Origin: Octopus bimaculoides
Lineage: Eukaryota
Direction: 5' to 3'
DNA length: 33,442 nucleotides
Assembly: GCF_001194135.2 (NCBI RefSeq)
Contig: NC_068990.1
Coordinates: 53,575,423 to 53,608,864 of the forward strand
The notes under the pieces were generated by a model that saw only the letters and a list, made by a program, of their open reading frames with translations, did not search any database and was not told the origin of the DNA. Position 1 is the first letter of the stretch, and each line of letters starts with the position of its first letter. A program made the translations under genes and the position numbers. This document shows positions 20,146 to 32,161 of this stretch, piece after piece.

Positions 20146-21220
20146 TGTGTGCCTATAAAATAATATATATTCCTAATTATGCTGACACTCTCGCATATCT
20201 AAGCATGCACTTGGGCATCTGTATAATAGTGTTTATGCATAAAGGTGTGTGTGTGTGTGTGTGTGCGTGTGTGCATGTGTGTATGTGTGTCTGTGTCTCT
20301 GTGTGCGTGTAAGAGAGAGAGAGAGAGAGAGAAAGCAATAAATCTCTTTGCGGAAATGCTTTGGATATTTCATTAGTTTTAAAAGCAGGGACAAGAAAAC
20401 GGAATTGGTAAAAAACGAGTGAGAGGAGCGAGAAATAAAGAACATCCGGGGCGGGGGTGGTTATAGTGAAAAAAAAAAGATCAGTGTAGGTAAGAGAGAG
20501 TGTGGTGTGAGAGAGAGGAAAGAAAAGGTCATAGAGTGAAGAAAGTACATATTGTAGAAAATACAGTTTGGTTGGGGAGAGAGGAATGGGGTGAAAGGTT
20601 GTGGTAAGAGGAAAAGAGGAGAGAAGGAGAGCTGACAACGACGATGACAGAATATGATGAGAGAGGATTTACGGTGCTGGTGGGAGTTGAAGAAGATCCT
20701 ACCTTTTCTTTCAGTAATTTACTAAGGCATTTCAGTTGGAAATAGTAGCCAACTTTTTTTTTTTTAATGGCAATCTGCTGATTTAACTAATGAAGAGCAT
20801 ACTATATAGTGTAGTCCTGCAGATCTACAAATAGATGGGATGGTCATGGTTGGAAAGGAGATGTTTAGTACTGTCATTTTACCATCGCAAAAATATAAAA
20901 TGAAAGGCGGGTGAGGAGGGATGGGGAGTAGGAGGAGAACGACTGAACCAACCATAATTTCGAAATGTAAACCATAAAGATGACGATATAAAAAAAATTG
21001 AAGAGGCTGTAGGGACAAAAATCAGTGGTTTTTAGCATAGAGCCAATGACATGCATTGAATCAGCTCCAGTTTATGACAGATACTTAATTGTATTGACTT
21101 AGGAAAGATGACAGAAAAGAAAACCGTCAACCGATCGAATTCAAAGCGTAAAAGACTCATTTTGCTGGTCGCTCTACACATTCTGCCCTCATAATAATAA
21201 TAACAACCATTTCTACTATA

Positions 21221-21435
21221 ATAATTCTTTCTATTACAGGCATAAGGCCTGAAATTTTGGGGAAAAGGAGCTAGTCGATTACACCGACTCCAATACTTGA
21301 CTGGTACTTATTTTATCGACCTCAAAAGGATAGGAGCAAAGTCGACCATGGCGGAATTTGAACTCAACGTAAAAACGAACGAAATACCGCTAAGCATTTT
21401 GCTCAGCGTATTAATGATTCTGCCAGTTCGCCGCC
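21221..21435 (-). mobile_element. SINE family A, full length
   Basis: The reverse complement starts ggcggcgaactggcagaatcattaat (A-box), has GAGTTCAAATTCC (B-box), the central domain and a caggccttatgcctgtaatagaaagaatt tail. Confidence 0.85.
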
Positions 21436-21603
21436 TCCAATAATAATAATAATAATAATAATAATAATTACAATAATAATAATATCCAAATATATGGTAC
21501 CCTAGGCATAACACTTACATGAACTTCTAACTTGTTGTCTCTTGAGGTCTCTGGGTGAGACTTGGATCCAACTTGTACAAATGCAAAACAAAAGTCAAAC
21601 ATA

Positions 21604-21828
21604 AAATAATAATAATAATAATAATAATAATAATCCTTTGTATTATAGGCACAAAGCCTGAAGTTTGGGAGACGGGGATAGTAGATAACATCGACTCCAG
21701 TACTCAACTAGTACTTATTTCATCGACCCCGAAAGGATGAAAGGCAGAGTAGACCTCGGCTGAATTTGAACTCAAAATGTAGAGACGGACGATATGCCGT
21801 TAAGCATTTTGTCCGACGAGTTAACGAT
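21604..21828 (-). mobile_element. SINE family A with (ATT)n tail
   Basis: B-box GAGTTCAAATTC, central domain and tail, with (AAT)n at 21604-21633. Confidence 0.82.
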
Positions 21829-22634
21829 GATGAGGATGACAGTGGTGGTGGTGATAATGATGATGATGATGATAACAATGTACCACATGCCGGCGTGAAC
21901 ATCACCTCCGCCACCACCACCACCACTACCATCACCACATCATCATCATTGTGTTGTTATGTTGTCTTCAATGTCTACTTTTGGTATCTGAACTAATGTA
22001 AGGTAAGGTAAGCTCATCGGTTCTGTGTCACATGACCAGTTAATCCTCAGCAAAAATTGCAATAAACTCTACTTCAGCTGAGAAAAAGAAGAAAAAAGAA
22101 CAAAGAAATATAACTGCTGAAGACCGGCTGTAACCACAACAACAAATGTGAAATAGTAATGTATGCCGGGATGAAAGATGAAGAAGGAGATGGACAGAGA
22201 GGAAAAAAGACAGAAAGATAAATGAAAGAAGAACGGGGGAAATAAAAGAAAAAGAAAAATTATTGATTGTATGAAAAATAAGAAGAAAGAAAGGTAGACG
22301 GGAAAATGAAAGGTAGTCAAACAGACAGACAAACAGCCAGACTGACAAATAAACAGTTAGGAATAAATAGAGGAAGGAAAAATATAATTCGAGAAACAGT
22401 TTATTGAAAATGACTGAAAGGTAAAAAGTAAGAAAGAAGATCCAAAGGAAACCAAAGGAAAGAAAGAAAAGAAGATGATGGGTAAGAAATGAAATAACAG
22501 AGAGGATAAATACAATAAAAAAAATACAGACAAAAAGAACTGAAATCCATCGGAAATGTTGAGACGAAATACATATAAAAGAGAAATCTCACTTTATTGT
22601 CTTAAAAATGGACACATTCAGTTGTAGATATAAG

Positions 22635-22726
22635 AAAAGACGGGTTGGTCACAGCTGGAACGTATTAGATCATAAGTCTACTCAGTCGAAGGTGGCCAGG
22701 GACTAAACAGCAATAACATCAACAAC
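22635..22726 (+). repeat. Dispersed repeat family D (CAA-tailed), decayed; related copies near 29490-29680 and 30186-30256 in the opposite orientation
   Basis: Similarity seen by eye between ggtcacagctggaacgtattagatcataagtctactcagtcgaaggtggccagggactaaac and the reverse complements of the other two sites. The alignment is loose. Confidence 0.4.
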
Positions 22727-23080
22727 TCCAGCAAAGAACTAACGATGGGGCGAATCTACCCCCGACCACGCCAACCTGGCCTCCCGAACCATCTGAAATT
22801 AACAGCCATGAAGGCTTCTATCAAAATATACCCAACCTCAGATGACACACGCGCGTGCATACACACACACACACACACACTATCGCTTTCTCCACACAAA
22901 ATGTTTTGTTACTGAAGTGTTTCCAGAGGAACCGACATATAACCAGTATTCATTATGGCTTATCATACTGCAGCATATACATTTAGGATTTATATTCGTG
23001 ATACTACATGGTTAATCAGATAACGCAGATGCACAGGTTTTAATATTCATAGAGTGAATAAAATGATTAAATAACAGTAA

Positions 23081-23200
23081 TAATATTCTTTCTAATTTTG
23101 CTACAAGGCCAGCAATTTCATGGAGAGGGGACAAGTTAATTACACCGAGCCCAGTGTTGAACCAGTACTTATATTGACACCAAAAAGATGGAAGGCAACA
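23081..23200 (-). mobile_element. SINE family A 3' fragment
   Basis: ttctttctaattttgctacaaggccagcaatt...ccagtacttatattgacaccaaaaagatggaaggcaa is a decayed tail plus central domain. Confidence 0.7.
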
Positions 23201-23209
23201 TGCGTGCAT

Positions 23210-23214
<5 letters not shown>

Positions 23215-23246
<32 letters not shown>

Positions 23247-23328
23247 NNNNNNNNNNNNNNNNNNNNNNNNNNNNNNNNNNNNNNNNNNNNNNNNNNNNNN
23301 NNNNNNNNNNNNNNNNNNNNNNNNNNNN

Positions 23329-23372
<44 letters not shown>
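23215..23372. repeat. (TG)n microsatellite spanning a gap
   Basis: Read directly from the sequence; N at 23247-23328. Confidence 0.9.
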
Positions 23373-23374
<2 letters not shown>

Positions 23375-23739
23375 CTGTTTGCCTGTCTGTATAATATAAC
23401 CTGAATACACTAAATTTCCTACATGCAGCACGAAATCTATACACCGGCAAACGCCCCCTCCTGCAATAAACTCAACAATTAAACTATCTACATCATTCAC
23501 CTACAGCAATGGGTGAATATATTCTTAAATTCAACTTTTAGTTACTCGTGAGTACTTTTAGGCTTTTAGGCTTCATTAGTAATTACATTCTCAACCAAAG
23601 CAACTGCACATTTTGTATAGCAAGTCCAGTCCTAAGATAAAATAATTCAAATTTGTCTTATTAAGAAAAAAGTTAGGTCAAAATACGTGAGGTCAAAAAT
23701 GAGAGTGTAAGATGAAAAACTGACTTAAATCAAAATATC

Positions 23740-24235
23740 CTAGTTATTTGAAAAGAAATATATAGATTGAGTTTAAAAGAATGTGCTCAGTGAGATGACT
23801 CTTTTGATGAAAACCTCGTTAAAAAGTAATTGCTACGAAAAACGTTGTATAGCTTTAAGTTACGAAGAAAAATGACAACTCCCAAAAGTGACTTTCAATC
23901 AGAGTATCTCAGCTATTGTAAAAGAAAACTATACAATAGTTGTGTTCAATTAAGGAGCTCTGTAGGATGAACCTTGTAGTGAAAACCTCATCAAAAAATA
24001 TTAGCGACAAAAACAGTGACGTGGCGTTAAGTGACGAAAAAAAGTGATCTTTTTAATAAAAGAAGCATTATCTGGAGTGAAAAAAATGGACCAGAATGAA
24101 AAATGCGGACGGAGAATCCTAGAATATTCTTAAGAATTGAATCGGGAAAAGTTCAGAACAAGCAGTAACAGAATGAAAAATGCGACAGTGTGCTAGACTA
24201 TTCTTATGTATTGAACCTAGAGAATTACAGGGCAA
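23740..24235. repeat. Diverged tandem duplications with about 172-bp and 77-bp periods
   Basis: tgaaaacctc...ttaagt(t/g)acgaa at 23808 and 23980 (period 172). cagaatgaaaaatgcg...ctaga.tattctta at 24092 and 24169 (period 77). Confidence 0.7.
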
Positions 24236-24542
24236 GAAAAACGAAATAAAATGCTTTAAATATTGCTGCTGAAGTTAAAATTTGCTAAATAGATTTCTGA
24301 AATTACTCATCAAATAGTGTGTGCATTTTTTGAAATATAATTTTGCTTTTCATTGCAAATTATTTTAATCCAAGTTTCTATTTTTATTTTAAAATTTATT
24401 TGTATTAATCTAAAGCATTCTGTGTTATTTTTAGTATTATATTATTTTTTGAATTCTACTTTCTTAACGAAACTTAGTATTCAAAAATTTTAGATGAAAG
24501 ATATTGCGTTATAAAATTAAACTCATGTACAATATATGTAAT

Positions 24543-24703
24543 TCTTTCGTCTGTCTTTATGTTCTGAGTTCAAATTCCGCAGAGATCGACTTCGCCTTTC
24601 TTCCTTTCGTAGTCGATAAATTAAGCACCAGTTGCGTACTAGGGTCGTACTGCCCCCCACCCCAAATAATAATTTCGTGCCTTGTACCTAGAGTAGAAAA
24701 GAA
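24543..24703 (+). mobile_element. SINE family A, A-box missing
   Basis: GAGTTCAAATTCC B-box, central domain and ccttgtacctagagtagaaaagaat tail. Confidence 0.8.
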
Positions 24704-25156
24704 TATATGTAATTCAGAAGAGTAAAAGATAGTAAAAAAAAACAAAAAAAACGAAGAATTCTATAAAGTTCGCATTATCAGATAAAGTATTTTCTATTTA
24801 CAGTTAGAAGTATATTAAAAAAATCCAAAAAAAAAAACGAAATCTAATTAAGAAATTGAGAGCAAAATGTAGAAATGACACTTTTTTTTTAAATTTAGGG
24901 GTTATAATATANNNNNNNNNNNNNNNNNNNNNNNNNNNNNNNNNNNNNNNNNNNNNNNNNNNNNNNNNNNNNNNNNNNNNNNNNNNNNNNNNNNNNNNNN
25001 NNNNNNNNNNNNNNNNNNNNNNNNNNNNNNNNNNNNNNNNNNNNNNNNNNNNNNNNNNNNNNNNNNNNNNNNNNNNNNNNNNNNNNNNNNNNNNNNNNNN
25101 NNNNNNNNNNNNNNNNNNNNNNNNNNNNNNNNNNNNNNNNNNNNNNNNNNNATATA

Positions 25157-25189
<33 letters not shown>

Positions 25190-25336
25190 ATATTTGTGTG
25201 TATGTCTGTGTTTGTCCCTCCACCATCGCTTGGCAACCGATGTTGGCGTGTTTACGTCCCCGTAACTTAGCGCCAATAGAATAAGTACATGGCCGCAGTC
25301 AAATGACTGAAACTAATAAAGGAATAAAAGAATAAA
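25190..25336 (+). mobile_element. SINE family B 3' half with internal deletions
   Basis: tctgtgtttgtccctccaccatcgcttggcaaccgatg...cgtaacttagcg...catggccgcagtcaaatgactgaaac plus an A-rich tail. Confidence 0.78.
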
Positions 25337-26429
25337 CTGATCATACTACAATTGAGTCCTTGCTAGAAACTTTGATACCAAACTGAAGTATAAAGATTAG
25401 TTTACGCCTCATAACACCAAACGTAAAAGCAGAAAAATTATCTGGTTTCAATCTGCCCTTCGTTTGAACATATCTACAGCAGTTGCTGAACAGTTCTTTA
25501 CACTAATCAGTCTGTACTTCTCTCCATACATAGAAGCAGTGCTCGATCAGAGGTGACCTGCTACACACCAAAAACAACACCTTTAAATCCCTTCATCTCT
25601 GAATCCACCTGATCAACATATAGCGGATAGCATAACACAGAGGACAGTCATATAAATAGTATATTTAATACAAACTGGATATTGCTTACCGTATACCGGT
25701 ATAAATTATACGGTGTGTGGGTGCGGGCTTCAAGTCTTACAAAAATAAACGCTTTCCTACCTCACGAAGCTTGTTTCTGACTACAATGACCCCCTTTAAT
25801 TCTCTTCCTCTTTTCCCCTCTTTCTCTCTCTTTCTTTGTCTTCAATTCCCCATGCTCCTGTTTCATTCTTCTTCCTCACCACAACAAACTACCTCTATGT
25901 TTATTTTTATCACACCCGTATCCCCCTCTGGGGGTCCCCTACAGCTATAATAGTTTCTGCCTTCCTATAGAAAGTACCTCCCATTTTCACCAGTGAGTTA
26001 ACCCAAATGAATTCCCTTCTTAATCATTTTGTCCCTTTTGTTTTTATAAATTAGTCAATCTTTCTAGGTTCATTTCAGTAACTTCGAATGTGATATACAA
26101 CTCTTGCCACACTGACAGATTAAAATCTAATCAGTTATTCAAATGTATTGATTATATCGCTGTCATTTTAAATAAAAGGCATGAATACTACGCAGTCTCA
26201 ACTATTTGAGTTTTTATGGCTTGATCAAAAACAGAAGCGCGACGTTCATAGCATTTCTTTTTTGAGGATCATCAAAAATGATTCTCTCAAACTTGAAACA
26301 GATATGATTCGTGTGCTTAATAAAACTAGCGTGGACCTAACCAAAAGAACCCCTGGGTAATGTGACAGCGTTAAACCGGAAGATAGATCAAGATTGCATC
26401 GCAAAACATGAATAGTTTCTCTGGTGGGA

Positions 26430-26530
26430 TTCCACACAGTTTTCGTCTACCAAATTTTAATGATAAGGCTGTAGAAAACATTTCATAAGGTACTGTGCAG
26501 AGGGATTGAACCTGTAGGATTATGAACTGT
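26430..26530 (-). mobile_element. Highly decayed SINE family B 5' region
   Basis: ttttcgtctaccaaat...tagaaaacatttcataaggtactgtgcagagggattgaacc parallels 11515-11610. Confidence 0.5.
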
Positions 26531-27139
26531 ACGAAATCATTGTTTCGGACAAAAGTGAGCAAGATAGGGGTAAACGATAAGTAAACGAGTTTATAATCTA
26601 GGTTCGATCCCTGGCTGAAACTATTTTACTTCATGCATACGTCTAATACTCTTCGAAAAGGCATGACAGCCACATAATCTCATATTCTTTATTATATTAG
26701 AGAGTCTCTGTCGATAATTATTCAGCGTCATAAGCAGAATATGACAGCAGTAGTTATTTAACAGTATCTAATTCAGTTACTCGCATTCTGCTATAGAATT
26801 AGTATCATAGATTTGAACTTGTACACAAATCTTCCAACTTTAATTTATATCATAGACTTTATTTGGAACTTAACATTACTCTTCGGTAGATGCGTTGAAT
26901 AAAGGTGCAAGTGCGATTGTACATTCGTCGTTTATGTGTGAGCACGCGTGTCTCTACGAGGATGTCTGTTCGTGATCTACCTCACACTCAATTGAAGCAA
27001 CATTCCAGCCATTCCATCTACTGGTAATAGATTCGGTTCACTTCCCTGCGAGAATTTTAGTGTTAAAGTTTGCAACCACCATTTCATAGGTACATAGTTG
27101 TCACCAAGGCAGAACGACTGTCGTGCCTCCCTATCAGAT

Positions 27140-27253
27140 GTATGTACGTATGTACGTATGAATGTATGTATGTATGTATGTATGTATGAATGTATGTATG
27201 TACATATACATACATACAATATATATATGATATATACATATATATATATTATA

Positions 27254-27289
<36 letters not shown>

Positions 27290-27306
27290 TGTATGTATGT
27301 ATGTAT
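27140..27306. repeat. (TATG)n/(TA)n compound microsatellite
   Basis: Read directly from the sequence. Confidence 0.9.
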
Positions 27307-28821
27307 ACTCCTTTCTTTCTCTCTCTCTTAAGTAGGAAAAGACCAATATCAACCCGTCAATTAAGATAAAACACGAAATGTCAAATTCCATTTTTGTTTT
27401 CCTTCATCTCTTTCCGTTTCTCTCCCTATATTTCTCTCATCGTCCCATCTCTACCTTTCCACAGTTCTTGTTTCTAGGTTTTATTGTTTTCTACATTGTT
27501 TTTTTTTTGTGTGTGAGTAGTTATTAGTTGATAAATTCTTGAGCAACTTCAGGAATAGAGTGATTTGACTACGTCTATTAATCAAATGTAAATCCTTGAT
27601 TGCATGTTTGTGACACGATTTCGATGTACATTGTTATTTGAACATTGTTATTTCCATCAGTAGCGTCTTCGAGGCAAAGAATAATAAACTTAGTTTCTCG
27701 TTATATTTACCCTGCAATGACGACATAATAACTTGAATTCTTTGGTTGATCCAGGCCGCTGACAGTGTGTCATTTTCCGTTCAGCATCCAGTGATATTCG
27801 TCATTGACTAAATGTGTTCATCTGCCGAAACAGTTCACATCCCCATACTGCATTTCATGAATTCAACGTACGCTGGCTCGGGTAGTTATATACTAGTTAA
27901 TCCATAGCGGGTACGCTCACAGATGCTATTACTCCGGGTCAGATTAGATCTGGAACAATAGTGGCTAAAAGTGATTCCACACTCCTCAAAACTCAGAAAC
28001 TTCCAAACCAGGGTTCTGCTACCGATACAGTGTAAAATCATACTCAAGACGGAATACATATACGTACATGAATACGCGCGCGCGCGCACGCACACACCAC
28101 ACACACACTTGTGCGTGTGTATGTGTGTGTGGGAGTTTGTTTATGAGATTGTGTACTAACATGTTTAAACGTATAGATGTGTGGTGTATGTAATAATACT
28201 TACATATACACAAGTGGATGTATAAGGGTGGTATAATACTTACAGAAAACCACATACTAGAATTAACACACACACACACACACGCGCACACACACACACA
28301 CACACACACATTCACGCATCCAGAAATAAACACACAAACACAGTAACACACACAAGTGTGTGCGCACATATTTTCAGTTGCCTACGGGTAGACAAGGCCT
28401 TCACCCACCACTATTCTATTGAATAATACTATATAATAGAAACATGGCTGAACCCGAATTATGTTAGTCGACGGCGTATCGGAGCCGCTGCGTTGTCAGA
28501 AGTAATAAGCTGTTAAAAGGGATTTGCAATGGGTCAGGTAGGGAGATAAGAAAATGATGGGGCTGCAGTAGGTGGCAATGGTGGGGGATGATGGGAAGAA
28601 TACGGTTGGAATGTGGGCAACAGTGGAATAATTTTAAGATGGTGCAGTCAACTAGCAAATTCAGATTACGCTGATTCGTTGAGAGAATCTGACGGATTTG
28701 TAGATAAAGAAAGATTTGTTGACGATAAAAGTTAATTAATGGTCTTTTGTTCGGGAGTGGGGCACTGTTGGCATTACTGCTCTCATTGTTGTTTCGTTGT
28801 TATGATTAAAAATGTTGTGAA

Positions 28822-29030
28822 GACGACGAGCAGGCAGAATCGTTAGCGAGCTGGTTGAAATGCTTACCGGTATTTCGCCCGTCGCTACGCTCTGAGTTCA
28901 AGTTCAGCGGGGGTCGACTTTACTTTTTATCCTTTTGGGGTCGATAAAATAAGTACCAATTGAACATTGGGTCATTTTAATCGCCTTCTTCCAAATTGCT
29001 GCCCTTGTGGAAAAAATTTGAAATCATTAT
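28822..29030 (+). mobile_element. SINE family A (first of three tandem copies)
   Basis: gagcaggcagaatcgttag A-box, GAGTTCAAGTTC B-box, central domain and aaattgctgcccttgtg..tttgaaatcattatt tail. Confidence 0.82.
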
Positions 29031-29047
29031 TAAAAGTGCTGTGTTCT

Positions 29048-29258
29048 GCGAGCTGGCAGAATCGTTAGCTCTCCAGGCAAAATGCTTAGAATCATTTTGT
29101 AGTTTTTACGTTGTGTTCAAATTCCACCGAGGTGGACTTTGTGTTTCACTCTTTTTTGGGGTCGATAAAATAAGTACCATTTGAATACTGGGGTCGAAGC
29201 AATCGACTAAACACCTTCCCCAAAATTTCAGGCCTTGTGCCTATAGTAAAAAGGATTT
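29048..29258 (+). mobile_element. SINE family A (second tandem copy)
   Basis: gcgagctggcagaatcgttag A-box, GTGTTCAAATTCC B-box and caggccttgtgcctatagtaaaaagg tail. Confidence 0.85.
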
Positions 29259-29276
29259 TTATATATGTTGTAATAA

Positions 29277-29472
29277 GAGGCGAATTGAATCGTTAGAGCG
29301 TCGAAAAAAATACCTTGCGGAATTTCTTTCTCCTCTAAGTTCAAATAACGCCGTGGTCAACTTTGCCTTTCATCTTTTCGAAGTCGATAAAATAAAGTAC
29401 CAGTCAAGTACTGGGGTTGATGGTATTAAGTAAATTGCTAGCGTTGTGTCTCACTTAGAAACCATTATTATT
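29277..29472 (+). mobile_element. SINE family A (third tandem copy)
   Basis: gaatcgttagagcgtc head, AAGTTCAAATAAC, central domain and ttagaaaccattattatt tail. Confidence 0.78.
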
Positions 29473-29939
29473 GTTGCTTTTATTGGTGTCGTTTGACCCC
29501 AGGTTAGCTCTGATCAAGAAATCCTACGGTGAAAATTGTCCCTGTCTTGGTCTCACTACTTTTTCTTTTTTTTTTTTCTCAGGCAGAGTATTTATGTCCT
29601 ACTTTGTTCAAGAGGCTCTGATTTGAATGAAATTTGGTTGCTATTTCTAGCTGGTTACCTGACCATATAGAAGCTCCCAACCAAAGAAGTAGTTCTGATT
29701 GTTATTGTTATTGTTGTTATTGTTGCTGTTATTGTTGCTGTTGTTGTTGCTGTTGTTGCTATTGCAGGAACTTTCCTTTGAGGCACCAATGTTAGTTCAC
29801 TAACAATTAGGGAAGTGGGAGCATGAACTGTTCAGTCGAGTGCCACGTTTTTGAAAAATTCCCTTCGTGAACGACATCACTGAACCAAGTCCGGTTAAAC
29901 ATGGTAATAGTTTCTATGTGGTGATACATCTAATGGCAA

Positions 29940-30180
29940 ATGAAGGTGTACGTTGTTGTTGTTGGTGGTGGTGGTGGCGGTGCGGGGGGCACTGGTGGTA
30001 GAGGTAGTCGTGATACTTATAGTAGTGGTGGTGGTGTTCGTAGTGGTATTGATTATGTTTGTAGCGCTCGTGATAGTGATGGTGATCATTGTTGTTTTTG
30101 TTGTGGTGATGGTGGGAGCAGTAGTGTCGGTGGTGTTGATGGTGGTGATGGTTGTGGTGGTGGTATTGGTGGTTGATGAT
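29940..30180. repeat. Degenerate GGT/GTT/GAT trinucleotide low-complexity tract
   Basis: It explains the Gly-, Val- and Thr-rich ORFs in three frames. Confidence 0.85.
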
Positions 30181-30372
30181 GACTGTGTTCAGTCAGGCCT
30201 GATCGAGCAAACACCTACAGCATAGGAGTTTTCGATCAAAGTATTAGCTATGATCCTCAGATCCAGCACAACACATATTCTATGTCACTCCTGACTTTTA
30301 GACTCAACTATATGCACACACCGATATGCTCCGGTTAAGCGTATACGATGTATAATGGCCGTTGAAACATAC

Positions 30373-30467
30373 TTCTTGCATTCACATTTCTCTGATTTTT
30401 CTGTGGATATCATGGAGATATCAACTTGGTGGAGCTCATCTCTCTTCAAGGCAAAAGTAGAACTCAT
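30373..30467 (-). other. Candidate 95-nt host-gene exon
   Basis: Acceptor ttttaccaacttacAG|ATG and donor GAA|GTATGT. Only one frame is open (MSSTFALKRDELHQVDISMISTEKSEKCECK). No homologue was recognised and no partner exon was found. Confidence 0.3.
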
Positions 30468-30715
30468 CTGTAAGTTGGTAAAACACTCAACTTTGCATTA
30501 TTGAAACAGTCTTTACAGTAATCAACATTTTCTACTCTGTATTACGTATGTACTACTAGGAGTATAGGGCCGCTGGGAATGATAATATATAGTAACACCC
30601 ATGACAGGTAGATATTCATTTACAATCACTACAATTAACTCGCCAGTTATAACTATTTTATTAAAAGATGTCCTGTCACCAAATACACTTCATTGAAATA
30701 TTATACCCAATCCTG

Positions 30716-30818
30716 ATGAAGTGCTTTGCTCAAGAACAAAACGCACCATCTGGCCCAGGATGTGAAATCTCCATCTCACGATCGTGAATACAACACTCTA
30801 ACCACTAGGCCGTGCGCC
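30716..30818 (-). mobile_element. SINE family C head fragment
   Basis: The reverse complement ggcgcacggcctagtggttagagtg...cacgatcgtgag...gcgttttgttcttgagcaaagcacttca matches the head at 3746-3840. Confidence 0.72.
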
Positions 30819-31102
30819 TTTCTATATATGTTAAGTGATGTTGATCAAGAAACAAAGTATGTTTGTTGTCTGAATGTTCTTTTCTGAACTGGTTCTTTAT
30901 TATAAATAGTAATACGTAGCTATAAGTTATCACTATTTATTTACTCTTATGATGTCACTTGTAGTAATAAGCTAGAGGATTCCCAGGCAGCGTTGGACTG
31001 CTGTCCCGTTCAGGGGAGAAGTAGTGATTTCGCTAAGCAGTACTATGAGTCCTTGAACTCGAGATAGTAATGTCCTGGGGGTTTCCTAATCATTATAAGG
31101 GT

Positions 31103-31542
31103 CGTCTGCGCTGGCTCGGTCATGTACATCGCATGCCAGACGGGAGGATCCAAAAGACCTCTTGTATGTGGAATTGGCCACCGGCACAAGAGTACGAGGA
31201 TAACCTCATCTTCGTTTCAAGGACGTCTGCAAGAGAGATATGAAGTCAATAGATCTGGATGTCCTGAGATGGGAGGTGGTCGCAAATGATCATCCAAGCT
31301 GGAGACAAAAACTGCAAAAGGGGATGAAGCGTGGGGAAGAAAAATAGGAACTTACTACCAAAGAATAGCGCACTCGACGAAAGGAAAAACCAGTAACACC
31401 GGTAGAGAGCTCCTTCAAATGCAGTCGGGGTATGCGGAACTGCCACTCTTATGCGGGCCTTACTGCCAGAGCAGACGCTGCACCACCATCAGCAGTTGAC
31501 ACGATTTCTTCGGGCGCTGATCCATGGTCTCTCGAGACTGAC
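31103..31542 (+). mobile_element. RTE (BovB-like) LINE 3' end
   Basis: RLRWLGHVHRMPDGR / PKDLLYVELATG..RG*PHLRFKDVCKRDMK..W..W, a decayed C2H2 finger (FKCSRGMRNCHS), and the 3' terminus ccatggtctctcgagactgac. Confidence 0.85.
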
Positions 31543-32062
31543 TAATAAGGATAGGAGGAGAATTATATGTATGAAAATTACGTTTCCATGAAAACTTACT
31601 CAGGCCTTCTCTGCCCTGCATGTTACATTATAGTTTTCCGAAATCCTGGGATATGTTGGGATTACGTTGGTATTTAGGAGTGTTATTCAGGGTGGCACAT
31701 TATGATAGACAGCAGCTGTGGCGTAGTAATTGGATGTAGATAGAAATTGGGGAAAAGAAAGAGATTACAGATAGCGAGATGGGGTGGTCATGAAAGAGAG
31801 ACTTCAGGACATGAAGAAAGACATGCCGAGAAAATCCCGTCCCACATACCTCTGCTGCATGGAGTTGATCTTATCAATTTCATTTTACAAATGAGAATAG
31901 CTGAGACGGTAGGTGAGGGTGTAAGACCTACTCAGGGCCGCCTGCTACATGAACATTTCATAGTAAAGCGGGAAGTAGTGTATTTGATGTAAAGCAAGAA
32001 ATTCTAATTAATTCTGATTTGGTTCGTAAGTTGACAGATAGAGGTTAATAGGATGAGAGAGG

Positions 32063-32097
32063 GAGAGAGAGAGAGAGAGAGACGGAGAGAGAGAGAG

Positions 32098-32154
<57 letters not shown>

Positions 32155-32161
32155 GAGAGAG
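32063..32161. repeat. (GA)n microsatellite
   Basis: Read directly from the sequence. Confidence 0.93.

Noticed and set aside
9498-25284. Long ORFs of 100-487 aa in the track (for example 9498..10625, 16460..17506, 19377..20312, 24856..25284)
   Set aside because: Their length comes from N runs and microsatellites, not coding sequence.
26250-26360. Plus-strand open stretch HFFLRIIKNDSLKLETDMIRVLNKTSVDLTKRTPG with a GTAATG donor
   Set aside because: Weak acceptor, no homology recognised, and of a length expected by chance.
26575-26620. Isolated B-box GGTTCGATCCC
   Set aside because: No A-box or recognisable SINE body; at most a very old fragment.
29895-30225. Gly-rich, Val-rich and Thr-rich ORFs
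   Set aside because: Three frames are open simultaneously over a degenerate trinucleotide tract, with no splice or homology support.
30220-30265. Minus-strand CTGAGGA...GATC-GAAA
   Set aside because: The GATCA/TGATC pairing consumes core bases, stem III fails, and the site lies in repeat family D.
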